This document shows, one piece after another, positions 38,907 to 47,702 of a stretch of DNA of 49,931 nt (position 1 is its first letter; the number at the start of each line of letters is the position of its first letter). Origin of the DNA: an uncultured Halobacteriales archaeon (GTDB taxonomy: Archaea > Halobacteriota > Halobacteria > Halobacteriales > Halalkalicoccaceae); contig CAYOFZ010000001.1 of the NCBI GenBank assembly GCA_964403315.1, positions 1 through 49,931 of the forward strand, in the 5' to 3' direction. The position numbers were made by a program, and so were the translations under genes. The notes beneath the pieces are model-generated. The model was not told where the DNA came from, did not search any database, and saw nothing but the letters and a program-made list of their open reading frames with translations.

Positions 38907-40838
38907 CTACTGGTCGTCGATATCGATGTCGTGTTTCTCGTAGATCTCCTTGATACGTTCATTTACTTCAATGTGACTGTTTTCCTGCCATTCGTGAAGC
39001 GAGTGAAGTTGTTCGATAATCATCTTCCGGGTGACGTGCTCCCGTTCTTCGTCTTCTGACATGCGCTCGAGACATTCCTCCAGGGCGTCTACGACCACGA
39101 GGACTACCTCTGGATACCGGTCCATCACAGTTCGACCGAGGACCCCGAGATCATAATAGCCCTTCAACACGTCGTTTTCCACCGCGAGAACGGCACTGTC
39201 GCAAAAGAGTTCCGCCAATCCAACACCGAAGTCCTCCACTTCATCCGGGTCCATGATTTCAATGATATCACCAAGGCCGATCGGCCAGAAGAAGGACACC
39301 TCCACGCCGTGTTCTACGGCATTGTCGTGAATCCGTTTTTGCCTACGGAGCGTGCTATTGGCAAAGAAGTTACTGAAAGGTTCAACCTTTTCGTCCAGCG
39401 CCTTTTGCACGAATTCCGTACAGATTTGTAGTGCTGTTCGAACAGGCCGCTCAAATCCTCTCTCCGCCGCTGCCTCGGCGTAGTCCTCTAGGAACGAAAG
39501 CCGGTCTGTGAACATATCCCGGCTTGACATAAACCACATCCGCTCATCGTGTTCTTCATCGGAAAGTTCATCCATCCCCTTGTACGCGTCATCAAGCACG
39601 ATGTGCTTCTTCTTACGGGGAACACTGGCGAGTTCAGTCTCAGCAACCTCCTGTAGTGCATCGTCGTAGGATTGAAACACAGACTCGTACTCATTCTCGA
39701 CAATATCCATCCCGATTTTGTCAAAATGGGTTACGACTTCGTTCCTCCAGCCGGCTTCTCGCATCTCAATCAACTGTATCACGACGTTCGAGATGTTGGC
39801 GATGTAGGCGTTCAGAAACTCGACGCTGTCTGTATTCAAGATCTCTTGGTAGATCTGCCGCTGCAGATGGAGAAAATAGCTGCTGATGGCTTCTGCTTCA
39901 TTATCTGATAGAGTTGGATCTGTTTGCTCTTTCCGCTCCTGGATCTTTTCTAAGTACGTGATTTCCTTGCCGAACAGGAGACCCATCAATTCGCCGAACA
40001 GGTAGATATCGTTTTCCCGGACGGTTCGGATGATGATTTTCTGGATGTCCACATACCGGTCTCGTTGATCTGTCCCGCGAATCCGTCCCTGTCGATACTT
40101 CTGCACGATCTCTCTGGGAAAGTCGTCCGGAATACTCTCCTCTATGATGTCGAGCTGGCTTCCCGGCTGCAGCCGGCGAATCAGGTTGTACAGGTAGGCA
40201 ACGAGATAGAGCAGACACCATACCAGTGCGAGGAACGAATACAGGAGAAAAGACCCGACCCGGTCGGCAAAGAACGAGAGCACGGCAACGTTAGCGGCGA
40301 TAGATAGCACGTACGAGGCGAGGAGGAGTTTGATAAAGGTTGATTGGAGCACCGATTTTGCGATTCGCGGTGTGAGCCGTCGCGAGTAGTATTCAAGACC
40401 CAGCAGTGTGAGGGAGATGGTGATTGCGAAGATTGTGGCCAAGATCTGGGCGTTCGTCCGCAGCACCTGCTCCGGCGATTCCAGTTCGCTGGCAAAGACA
40501 CCGGGAAAGACGACTCCTGCCACCATTATCAGGAGCAAACCGAGACCGCCGAATGCCAAAATACGGTGTTCGATGTGGAATTGAGGGACATACCACCGGA
40601 TGGTATAGTATCGCTCCAGCACTTGGTCAGCAAGCCACCCGTGGTTCTCGACGCTGTTACCGAGAAACGCGAGGAAAAAACCGGAAAGCATTAATAGACC
40701 TCCGATTTCGGCGGTCCACGGCCACTTAGTGAATTCCACGTATCGACTTAGGTCTTCGACTATGAGCAGAAACCCGATCAAGACTGAAGACACGGCAGAG
40801 ATTACTAACTTTCCATGCAACGAAATCCGCGGAAACAT
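38907..40838 (-). CDS. 643-aa membrane protein: about 6 N-terminal TM helices (DUF2254-like) plus a large acidic helical cytoplasmic domain
   Basis: Uninterrupted ORF in AT-rich DNA. NAQILATIFAITISLTLLGLEYYSRRLTPRI resembles the DUF2254 core as I recall it. The family call is tentative. Confidence 0.8.
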   Translation of the reverse strand: MFPRISLHGKLVISAVSSVLIGFLLIVEDLSRYVEFTKWPWTAEIGGLLMLSGFFLAFLGNSVENHGWLADQVLERYYTIRWYVPQFHIEHRILAFGGLGLLLIMVAGVVFPGVFASELESPEQVLRTNAQILATIFAITISLTLLGLEYYSRRLTPRIAKSVLQSTFIKLLLASYVLSIAANVAVLSFFADRVGSFLLYSFLALVWCLLYLVAYLYNLIRRLQPGSQLDIIEESIPDDFPREIVQKYRQGRIRGTDQRDRYVDIQKIIIRTVRENDIYLFGELMGLLFGKEITYLEKIQERKEQTDPTLSDNEAEAISSYFLHLQRQIYQEILNTDSVEFLNAYIANISNVVIQLIEMREAGWRNEVVTHFDKIGMDIVENEYESVFQSYDDALQEVAETELASVPRKKKHIVLDDAYKGMDELSDEEHDERMWFMSSRDMFTDRLSFLEDYAEAAAERGFERPVRTALQICTEFVQKALDEKVEPFSNFFANSTLRRQKRIHDNAVEHGVEVSFFWPIGLGDIIEIMDPDEVEDFGVGLAELFCDSAVLAVENDVLKGYYDLGVLGRTVMDRYPEVVLVVVDALEECLERMSEDEEREHVTRKMIIEQLHSLHEWQENSHIEVNERIKEIYEKHDIDIDDQ

Positions 40839-41185
40839 GCCTGTTAGCGATCCAATTTAAACCCGGAACGGTAAAACCTAACTGTCTATAATTGATTCTC
40901 TATGTTCAGCACCGAGTTTCGGTTATATCACTATGATAACCAAATCAATTAGCCCATTATTTCCCTTTTCCCATAATGAAATTTTACTCATCCCCATTCT
41001 CGGGGCACAAGACTGGGCGGACCATATATCACCATACGGTTTATCACATTGGATATGAAACTGACCGCAGGTAGCGGTCGTGTACCCGACGATTTCGAAG
41101 GATTTGTAGCCTCGCGCGTGGGGCAACCTTCATCAACCCACCCTGCACGGATCGACGATTCTTGAAGCGGGATCGGTCTGTGCAC

Positions 41186-41213
41186 TATCCCAGTAACCCA
41201 TGTTTACGGGATA
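41186..41213. promoter_or_regulatory. imperfect 28-bp palindrome, candidate recombinase or regulator site
   Basis: TATCCCAGTAACCCATGTTTACGGGATA. Followed by two ATTAGGACT direct repeats (41218 and 41242) before the AbrB-like start. Confidence 0.35.
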
Positions 41214-41259
41214 GTCTTATTAGGACTGAAACCATACCTGTAATTAGGACTAATCAGGA

Positions 41260-41415
41260 ATGACCCAAACGAGCGTCAATCTCGGCAAGAACAACCAGTA
41301 CAAAACGACCATCCCGAAAGACATCGGCGACATGTTTGAGCTCGATGGGAAGAAACTCGAATGGCGTCGCGGGTCGGCCCGGAACAAACTCGAAGTGGAG
41401 ATAGTCGACGAATGA
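41260..41415 (+). CDS. AbrB/SpoVT-like mini-protein
   Basis: 51 aa, not in the track: MTQTSVNLGKNNQYKTTIPKDIGDMFELDGKKLEWRRGSARNKLEVEIVDE. ATGA overlap with the recombinase start. Confidence 0.6.
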   Translation: MTQTSVNLGKNNQYKTTIPKDIGDMFELDGKKLEWRRGSARNKLEVEIVDE

Positions 41416-42083
41416 CTGCACTTGGATACACCCGCCTTTCGCAGGATTCGGATACGAGCATCGATCGCCAAAAACGACACATCCGCGAGTACGCCACCGA
41501 GCACGGATTCGACCTCGAACGGATTTACGACGACGGTGAGCAATCCTCAGGGTGGGACAGCAGCCGGGGTGAGTATCAAGAACTCCGTCGGCGGATCGTC
41601 GACGACGAAAGCGTTCAGCAGCTCCTCCTCAACGACAAGCGTCGAATCGCCCGCGACATCGACGAGGTAATGCGGTTGGTGCCGGACCTTCGGCAACACG
41701 ACGTCGAACTCCACACACATCAGGACGGCCGGCTGGACCTATCCGACCCGATGCGGGCAGCGATCGAGATTTTACAGGCGGCCGCGGCACACAAAGAGAA
41801 GCTGGAGGAAATCAAGAAAAGCATCGAAGCCGTCGAAGAACGTCTCGAAGCCGGGTACGATCACGGCCGGGCACGCTTCGGGATGGAGTATGGGCCGGAC
41901 GGCCGGTATCAACAACCGGGCGACGATTTCGAGAAGGTTCTGGCGGTGTTGAAGCATCGAGATAACGGACTCACCTACTCCGAAATCGAATCGGAGACCG
42001 GCGTCCCGAGATCGACGGCGAACCGAGTGGTCCTGAAACGAGAATGGTACGAAGAGCGGGCGAAAACGGAGATTGAAACATGA
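41412..42083 (+). CDS. small serine recombinase (resolvase/invertase family)
   Basis: Start at MTALGYTRLSQDSDTSIDRQ (catalytic Ser region). C-terminal HTH GLTYSEIESETGVPRSTANRVV. 223 aa. Confidence 0.85.
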   Translation: MTALGYTRLSQDSDTSIDRQKRHIREYATEHGFDLERIYDDGEQSSGWDSSRGEYQELRRRIVDDESVQQLLLNDKRRIARDIDEVMRLVPDLRQHDVELHTHQDGRLDLSDPMRAAIEILQAAAAHKEKLEEIKKSIEAVEERLEAGYDHGRARFGMEYGPDGRYQQPGDDFEKVLAVLKHRDNGLTYSEIESETGVPRSTANRVVLKREWYEERAKTEIET

Positions 42084-42310
42084 ACTCCGAAAGTTCAGAT
42101 AGCAAACCCCCGTCCGAACTGTCGGACGGGGACCTTCTCGAAGCCATCCACGAAGCGTACCGAGAGACATTCCAATTGGACGATCAGGCGGATCGGTTAA
42201 CGGCCTTCAACCACTTTCACGATTTGCGAAAAGAGGCCGCTGACCGTGGCTTGCGGTCTGATGCGAGCGAAGTCACCGAACAAGTTCGGCAAGAGGAGAT
42301 CGAAACATGA
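42080..42310 (+). CDS. acidic hypothetical protein
   Basis: 76-aa ORF. Ends ..EEIET with the same junction (GAGATYGAAACATGAAC) as the recombinase gene. Confidence 0.5.
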   Translation: MNSESSDSKPPSELSDGDLLEAIHEAYRETFQLDDQADRLTAFNHFHDLRKEAADRGLRSDASEVTEQVRQEEIET

Positions 42311-42642
42311 ACGTCAAAACACTCCGTCGCCGGGTCGCCCTGTGGCTGCTCCCCGGAACCGGTGAACAGGAATTGAAAGCGCGCTTTCGACTCGCCGAAC
42401 GCGGTATGATGGGACTGCCCCGGTCGGACGTGAGGCTCGAAGGCAAGCAGCAGTTGGTCTCGCTCCAACGACTGCTCGGCATCGACCCGGCCCAAGTCCC
42501 CGAACCGTACAACGTCGATCCCGACGAGTTTGAATACGTCCCCGTACCGAACGCACCGGACATCGATTGGCAAGCACACCTCGATCGGCATGAGGAAACG
42601 TGGGCACCGCTATACGACGACGAAGAGGAGGTCGAACCATGA
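42307..42642 (+). CDS. hypothetical protein
   Basis: 111-aa ORF, ATGA-coupled. Confidence 0.5.
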   Translation: MNVKTLRRRVALWLLPGTGEQELKARFRLAERGMMGLPRSDVRLEGKQQLVSLQRLLGIDPAQVPEPYNVDPDEFEYVPVPNAPDIDWQAHLDRHEETWAPLYDDEEEVEP

Positions 42643-42932
42643 AATCCAGACCGTTCATCGAGTGGAGTCCGGTCTATACACTGCTCCTCGGTCTTGCGGT
42701 CGGGTTGCTACTCGGCACGGCAATCACGGCCGCGGGCGCAACTGAAGACACCGAACAGCCGTCTGTGAGTTGCACGACCTTCATCGACGAAGCGGGCGAC
42801 GCCAGCGGGATGTGCTTTGTCTACGGCGACGTAGAGTTCGAGTGGCTCGATGAGCAGAACGCCACGAGTGACGAGCTGTCGCTTGCGGGGCTGCCAGCCG
42901 AGAACAGCACGGTACGGAGAAAAGGGGCATGA
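42639..42932 (+). CDS. single-TM or signal-anchored protein
   Basis: 97 aa from ATG 42639. VYTLLLGLAVGLLLGTAITAAGA. Confidence 0.5.
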   Translation: MKSRPFIEWSPVYTLLLGLAVGLLLGTAITAAGATEDTEQPSVSCTTFIDEAGDASGMCFVYGDVEFEWLDEQNATSDELSLAGLPAENSTVRRKGA

Positions 42933-43213
42933 CACAGACAACCGACGAACAGGAACTCGAAGCGTTGCGAGAGATGGCAATCGACGCTGGTGACCGGGCG
43001 GTGTTTCCCGAGGATCGGGAGACGCGCGGCGTTTACACCGACGAGGAGTGTATCATTTTCGAGGATGCACCGCGGAAACTCTCATGTTGGCTGTTCGGTC
43101 ACAAAACCGACCGCGATCCGACGCTCGATCCCGAGACAAAAACGATCATCGGCGAGTCAACGTGGTGCCGGCGCTGCGGGGAAGTACTGAAACACGACCT
43201 CAACGGCGAGTGA
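42929..43213 (+). CDS. hypothetical protein
   Basis: 94-aa acidic ORF. CRRCG. Confidence 0.5.
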   Translation: MTQTTDEQELEALREMAIDAGDRAVFPEDRETRGVYTDEECIIFEDAPRKLSCWLFGHKTDRDPTLDPETKTIIGESTWCRRCGEVLKHDLNGE

Positions 43214-43365
43214 GAGCGTCCGGTTTTGCGCTGATTCTCGGACACCGGATCAAAAGCTCGAGTAACGCCCGATCGAACGGAACATATCGACGCGACCCCC
43301 ACAGTCAACGCCCCAAACCCACCGGTGCAGAACGGCTACAGACGATCTGGGGGGATTCGCGGGCG

Positions 43366-43527
43366 CTACTGCAATTCGACCGGTCCACGAATCAACGTCC
43401 ACCCCTGTTCGTGATACTCCGACGCACAATCTCGGCAGAGATGCAGTTCCAACCCACTCTTTTTCGAACGAAGCAACACGGGCGCGTCTCCCGAACACGC
43501 CTGCGTCTGACACCGCGGTGGAATCAC
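43366..43527 (-). CDS. 53-aa zinc-binding mini-protein
   Basis: GTG start overlapping the upstream TGA. CQTQAC..CRDC. Tail of the otherwise implausible track ORF 43366-43980. Confidence 0.35.
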   Translation of the reverse strand: MIPPRCQTQACSGDAPVLLRSKKSGLELHLCRDCASEYHEQGWTLIRGPVELQ

Positions 43528-43652
43528 GACTCTTCCTCCTCGGGTCGCAACCGCTCTATCTTCGCAACCACGCTGTCGTCCCCACAGTGGACACAGGCCC
43601 CACAGACGACGAACCGAACGCGCTCGCCACAGGATGGACAGGGGAATTTCAC
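43524..43652 (-). CDS. 42-aa zinc-ribbon mini-protein
   Basis: Not in the track. GTGA junction. KFPCPSCGERVRFVVCGACVHCG. Confidence 0.35.
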   Translation of the reverse strand: MKFPCPSCGERVRFVVCGACVHCGDDSVVAKIERLRPEEEES

Positions 43653-44035
43653 GGTCGGTCGGCCCCCAGTTCGAAGCGATGGCCGATAAAGGGCGGCCAT
43701 GCGACGCGGCGGCGTTCGAAGGGGGACGTACTCGGCATGCGAAGCGTATCGGCGTGGATCGGCGAGATGTCGGGCGGTGGGTTGGAGCTGTGGTCGTCAC
43801 GCTCTCCGAACTCGATACTACTGAGCAACAGAACGGCGAGCACGACGGCGACGATCGCCACCGCGCCCCGGAGTGGGTCGCGAGCAAGCAGGCCGAGATA
43901 CCCACTCGCCCGACCGAGGTTGTACGCGAGTGTGTGCTCCGATGCGACTTGCGCCCCGTAGATCGAATACCCGAGTGCAATCGCGAATGCGGCGAGATAG
44001 ACGAGTGCGATCGCGTGCGCTAACTGTTCGATCAT
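43649..44035 (-). CDS. membrane protein
   Basis: 128-aa ORF with three hydrophobic helices in the N-terminal two-thirds. Confidence 0.5.
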   Translation of the reverse strand: MIEQLAHAIALVYLAAFAIALGYSIYGAQVASEHTLAYNLGRASGYLGLLARDPLRGAVAIVAVVLAVLLLSSIEFGERDDHSSNPPPDISPIHADTLRMPSTSPFERRRVAWPPFIGHRFELGADRP

Positions 44036-44223
44036 CCACCCTCACCGCCCGCTCCCCTCGGTTCCAGAAACTCGTACGCCGCGAAGCTACTCACCACAAA
44101 CACGAGCGCGGCGGTCGCCGCCAGTTCTGGCTCACCGGCGTCCAGCGACCGCGCGGCGGTCGGGGCCATAACGATCGCTGTCAAAAACAACAGCGCGGCG
44201 ATGATGTCGTTGGGGGGTATCAC
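44032..44223 (-). CDS. small membrane protein (paralogue of the 45007-45198 gene)
   Basis: 63 aa. Shares the ..ARSL..GE.E.AATA..V....F.AYEF.. pattern. Confidence 0.5.
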   Translation of the reverse strand: MIPPNDIIAALLFLTAIVMAPTAARSLDAGEPELAATAALVFVVSSFAAYEFLEPRGAGGEGG

Positions 44224-44417
44224 GCCTGTTCACCCTCTGGGGTATTAGCACGTCCGCGTACGATATACCACACATGACCGAGCAGTATGACCGCCACACC
44301 GAACAGGAAGAGTGCGTCGGCCGTGTTATGGCGGTGGCGGATCCCCAGGAGGACGTACGCGAGCGCCAAGCCTGTGAGCACGACCGCCGGCCAAACTCCG
44401 AAGCCGCCCCGCATCAT
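44220..44417 (-). CDS. small membrane protein, ends ..GEQA
   Basis: 65 aa from ATG 44417 (ATGA overlap), within track ORF 44220-44729. Confidence 0.5.
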   Translation of the reverse strand: MMRGGFGVWPAVVLTGLALAYVLLGIRHRHNTADALFLFGVAVILLGHVWYIVRGRANTPEGEQA

Positions 44418-45010
44418 CCGCGCACCCGCCGGTAGGCGAGATACCCCCCGACCACGAACGGGGCGAACCCGATGGCGAACACGATCGCCTGTACCGTCTG
44501 CCAGCGCACGTCTTCGCGGTGCTCGAACACGACCCCGGCGGTGTAATCGCCGACCATTGCGGTAAAGCCGAACGCCATGTTGAGGGTGGCATTCCCGACG
44601 GCCGTCGCGGTCTCCTCGGCCGCACCCCCGACGCCCGCCGGCACCACGTCCTCGAACTCCGTTTCCTCCGACGCGCACGGGTCTCGCTCGGGTTCGGGCT
44701 CGCCGAGGCTGTCCGTGGTGTTCGCCCACGCTTCGCCGCGCTCGGAGAGCGGGATGAGCGGGTCGTGTTCGGTAATGTCGATCCCGCTCTGGCTCGGGGC
44801 GACCTCACTCGGCGCGTCGGCGTCACACTGATTGAGATTCGTGGTATAGCTGCCGAGGGTCACGTCCTGCGTCGCCGCGTCGTATTCGATCGTCGCGTTC
44901 TCTGCGTCGACGGCGTGGTAGCCGACCTGTGCACCGAGGAACATGCCCATGATGACGGCCGCCCACACGATCGCGAGCGAGATCGCGTTGAGTTGTGGAT
45001 TCGCAATCAC
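44414..45010 (-). CDS. membrane protein with acidic ectodomain
   Basis: 198-aa ORF (GTG start). N-terminal TM, acidic middle, C-terminal TM helices. Confidence 0.55.
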   Translation of the reverse strand: MIANPQLNAISLAIVWAAVIMGMFLGAQVGYHAVDAENATIEYDAATQDVTLGSYTTNLNQCDADAPSEVAPSQSGIDITEHDPLIPLSERGEAWANTTDSLGEPEPERDPCASEETEFEDVVPAGVGGAAEETATAVGNATLNMAFGFTAMVGDYTAGVVFEHREDVRWQTVQAIVFAIGFAPFVVGGYLAYRRVRG

Positions 45011-45198
45011 GGCTGTTCACCGACCGCACTGTACCCGGTCCAGAACTCATACGCCCCGAACAGGGCGAGCCAAGCGACGACCCCGGCGGTCGCGGCGACT
45101 TCGGTCTCACCAACCGACAGCGAGCGGGCCGACGCGTGCGCGGTGACGATCGCCGTCCCGACGAGTAACACAGCCATGAGGCGGTTCGATGAGATCAC
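45007..45198 (-). CDS. small membrane protein, ends ..GEQP
   Basis: 63-aa ORF, 2 TM. Confidence 0.5.
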   Translation of the reverse strand: MISSNRLMAVLLVGTAIVTAHASARSLSVGETEVAATAGVVAWLALFGAYEFWTGYSAVGEQP

Positions 45199-45392
45199 AA
45201 CTCGTCACCCCTCTCGTCGGGTAGCTTGGTTCTACTCCGATAGAGGACGGCGAACCCACCGAGGAGAACCGCCGCGAACACGAGTAGTATAAACGCGGCG
45301 TCCGGCGCGTGACGGAAGGCCCATGCGGCACCCGCGAGCACCACTCCCGAACTGAGGAGCACGGTTTCGGGAACGTCGGGGACGTCCGTCAC
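45195..45392 (-). CDS. small membrane protein
   Basis: 65-aa ORF, 2 TM. Confidence 0.5.
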   Translation of the reverse strand: MTDVPDVPETVLLSSGVVLAGAAWAFRHAPDAAFILLVFAAVLLGGFAVLYRSRTKLPDERGDEL

Positions 45393-45637
45393 GACCCGTC
45401 ACCGTCCTTGGGCGGGCTAAAGCCCCAGTACCCGGCTTCGGTGGACCCCATCGACCCACCCGGTCCGGCGAACACCGACCGATTCGGTAGCGGGGAGTAC
45501 CACCACACGAGGACACAGACGGCCGCGAGCACACCCGCCACGACGGCCGAAACGGGATCTGGGACCACCACCGACACCCCGATATACACACTCAATCCGG
45601 CGATGATACCGACGATGGGGAGGTATTCAGAACTCAC
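45389..45637 (-). CDS. small membrane protein
   Basis: 82-aa ORF, 2 TM. Confidence 0.5.
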   Translation of the reverse strand: MSSEYLPIVGIIAGLSVYIGVSVVVPDPVSAVVAGVLAAVCVLVWWYSPLPNRSVFAGPGGSMGSTEAGYWGFSPPKDGDGS

Positions 45638-45990
45638 GACTCCTCACCCCCGAACAACGACCCGACGAGCAACGCGTCGTGGGTCTCGATGCGCCCGGAT
45701 TCGACGAACACGACTTCGAGCGCGACCACGGCGGCCACCCCGAGCAGCCAGACGTTCACCGCGCGCACGAGCACCCACTCCGCCGCGACGTCGAGCGGCG
45801 CAGGCCCGAGCGGCGTGACGGGCGGGCTGATGATCGACACCGCGACGATCGCGACAAAGCCGAGCGTCGGGCCGAGGACGACGCCACTCTCGCGAAGCTC
45901 TTGATCGTCTCGAATGTCGCCGAGTCGCCAGCAGGCTTCCCAGCCGAAGATAGCGATGGCGACACCGGCGGCGGTGAGCAGGGCGGTCAT
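45634..45990 (-). CDS. membrane protein
   Basis: 118 aa from ATG 45990 (ATGA overlap), within track ORF 45634-46260. Confidence 0.5.
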   Translation of the reverse strand: MTALLTAAGVAIAIFGWEACWRLGDIRDDQELRESGVVLGPTLGFVAIVAVSIISPPVTPLGPAPLDVAAEWVLVRAVNVWLLGVAAVVALEVVFVESGRIETHDALLVGSLFGGEES

Positions 45991-46553
45991 TCGAGAATCC
46001 CGAGCCATTCCTGACAGCGTTTGATATAATGGCTGTTCCGCCCCCGCTCGTCGCGGTATTCGAGCGCGTCCTCGCATATCCCGGGCCACTCGGCTTTCGG
46101 CACGCCGGGCTCGCCGAGATACGAGATATCTGTCCGGGTGTCGTGTTCGAGGTGTCGAACGGGCATGCGCGAGACCGCGACGATCGAACAGTATTCTTCG
46201 GACTGCAGCGGCACGTCCTCGCCCTGTTCGTGTTGGACGAATATCGCGAGATGGGCGCATTCGTGATACACCGTCTGTATCGACGGCAACCGGTCGGTGT
46301 GATACACCGCGAGCAGGTTGTGGAAAAACGCCTGTGCCGCGTTGTCCTTGTCGGGATCGATCCGGCCGATCGTGACGGTCTTTCCCGCGAGTTCCGGGTA
46401 GTGTTCGAGCGCGAGCTGAGTTTTGTAGCGCACGTCCCGCTGGAGATCGTCGTCGGCGTGGTCATCGAACGTTTCGAGCACCCGATAGCTACCGAGCTGG
46501 ACCACATCGCGGTCGTTCATTTCGTACTCGATTTGCGTCGTTTCGAGGCTCAC
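45987..46553 (-). CDS. HExxH metallopeptidase-like protein (SprT-like)
   Basis: 188-aa ORF. TVYHECAHLAIF. Acidic, soluble-looking sequence. Confidence 0.6.
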   Translation of the reverse strand: MSLETTQIEYEMNDRDVVQLGSYRVLETFDDHADDDLQRDVRYKTQLALEHYPELAGKTVTIGRIDPDKDNAAQAFFHNLLAVYHTDRLPSIQTVYHECAHLAIFVQHEQGEDVPLQSEEYCSIVAVSRMPVRHLEHDTRTDISYLGEPGVPKAEWPGICEDALEYRDERGRNSHYIKRCQEWLGILE

Positions 46554-47092
46554 GGCTGTTCACCGCCCCTTGCTGCCGTCACCGGCGGCCGGCCACGCAA
46601 CCGCCGCCACAGATACCACCCCGACACGGCCACGGCGACCCAGAACAGCGTATTGAGCACCGGGACGATCGACGCGCCCCTCGGGCTGAACCACGCCAGC
46701 GGCGTCACCACGACGAGCAACGGGATGCATACACCGAGCATCGAACGCATGAAAAACATATAGTCGTCCGACATGGCCGGGTCGCCCCACTCGTCGGCGC
46801 AAACCACTTCGAGCCACGGCTGTAACGCGGTGTCGATCGCCCGCCGACGGGTCGCACTCACCCAGATGAGCACGCAGGCGAACACCAACGCCAGCACGGC
46901 ATCGACGCCGAACGCCGCCGTATACGTTTCGAGCGCGAACGGGACGATCCCCGCCTCTGCGTATCGGGTAATCTGAACGAACTGGCCGAAACTTATGCCG
47001 AGCGACAGCGCCAGCATGACCGAACCGGTGAAAAACACCCCGACGCTCGCCCAGAACGGCCGGCCGTCGTGGGTGTCGTAGACGTCTGTCAT
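46550..47092 (-). CDS. membrane protein (4-5 TM), ends ..GGEQP
   Basis: 180-aa ORF. Confidence 0.55.
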   Translation of the reverse strand: MTDVYDTHDGRPFWASVGVFFTGSVMLALSLGISFGQFVQITRYAEAGIVPFALETYTAAFGVDAVLALVFACVLIWVSATRRRAIDTALQPWLEVVCADEWGDPAMSDDYMFFMRSMLGVCIPLLVVVTPLAWFSPRGASIVPVLNTLFWVAVAVSGWYLWRRLRGRPPVTAARGGEQP

Positions 47093-47565
47093 CGCTGTTC
47101 ACCGACCTCGAACCCGGCCAACTCGATGAAGTAATGTTCGCGCTCGAACGGGTCGAGTTTTACCCGGCGGATGTATTCGAGACTGTGGTGCATTTCGACG
47201 TCGACGGCGTCGAGGATCGCTTTGTCGCGATTCGCACTCAGGATGACGAGGTTCTGTTCGCGCACCCGATTGAGGTGCGTCTCCTCGCGAACACGCTGCC
47301 AGTCGTCGGGGCTGTAGTCCGGTGGGACGGTCAGGATAAGCGTCTCGGGGTCGTCGTCGAGGTCGTACTGTTCCGGCGCACCGTCGTCCCAGATTCGCTC
47401 CCGATCCTCGGTGACGAGGTGGGCGACTCGTGTTGCGGTCGCGCGGCCGCTTGGGGGTTCGGACTCGAAATCGCCGTTGACAAGCACCGCCATCGCCCGC
47501 CCGGCGTCGCGGAACTGTTCGGCCAGCGCCGCGAACGTCTGTGCGGACGTCTCAACCGTCGACAT
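47089..47565 (-). CDS. acidic hypothetical protein, ends ..GEQR
   Basis: 158-aa ORF. Confidence 0.55.
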   Translation of the reverse strand: MSTVETSAQTFAALAEQFRDAGRAMAVLVNGDFESEPPSGRATATRVAHLVTEDRERIWDDGAPEQYDLDDDPETLILTVPPDYSPDDWQRVREETHLNRVREQNLVILSANRDKAILDAVDVEMHHSLEYIRRVKLDPFEREHYFIELAGFEVGEQR

Positions 47566-47702
47566 CTATCGATCACTCCCCGCGCACGCGTTGAGGTCGG
47601 CACCGGAAGTCGTCGCCCCCGCACGGAGTGTTAGAGACCGACCCAATACCATGTTAGCGCGTATGTGCGTACTCATACGCCGCCTCCCCCGATTAGTAAC
47701 GA

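Larger units (their letters stand above)
38243..41259. other. low-GC island
   Basis: Abrupt change to AT-rich sequence on both sides of one large minus-strand gene. Long non-coding flanks (38243-38906 and 40839-41259). Confidence 0.6.

Noticed and set aside
40923-41185. Small minus-strand ORFs 40923-41126 and 40988-41185 in the AT-rich flank of the island.
   Set aside because: They overlap each other in different frames and have no SD or coupling signals. Their composition is odd. Short ORFs are not informative here without conservation data.
38265-41240. Direct or inverted repeats at the two borders of the low-GC island (GAAACCACCACCG versus GAAACCATACCTG) as att sites.
   Set aside because: Only about 11 matching positions, and two gaps are needed. 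This is not distinguishable from chance.
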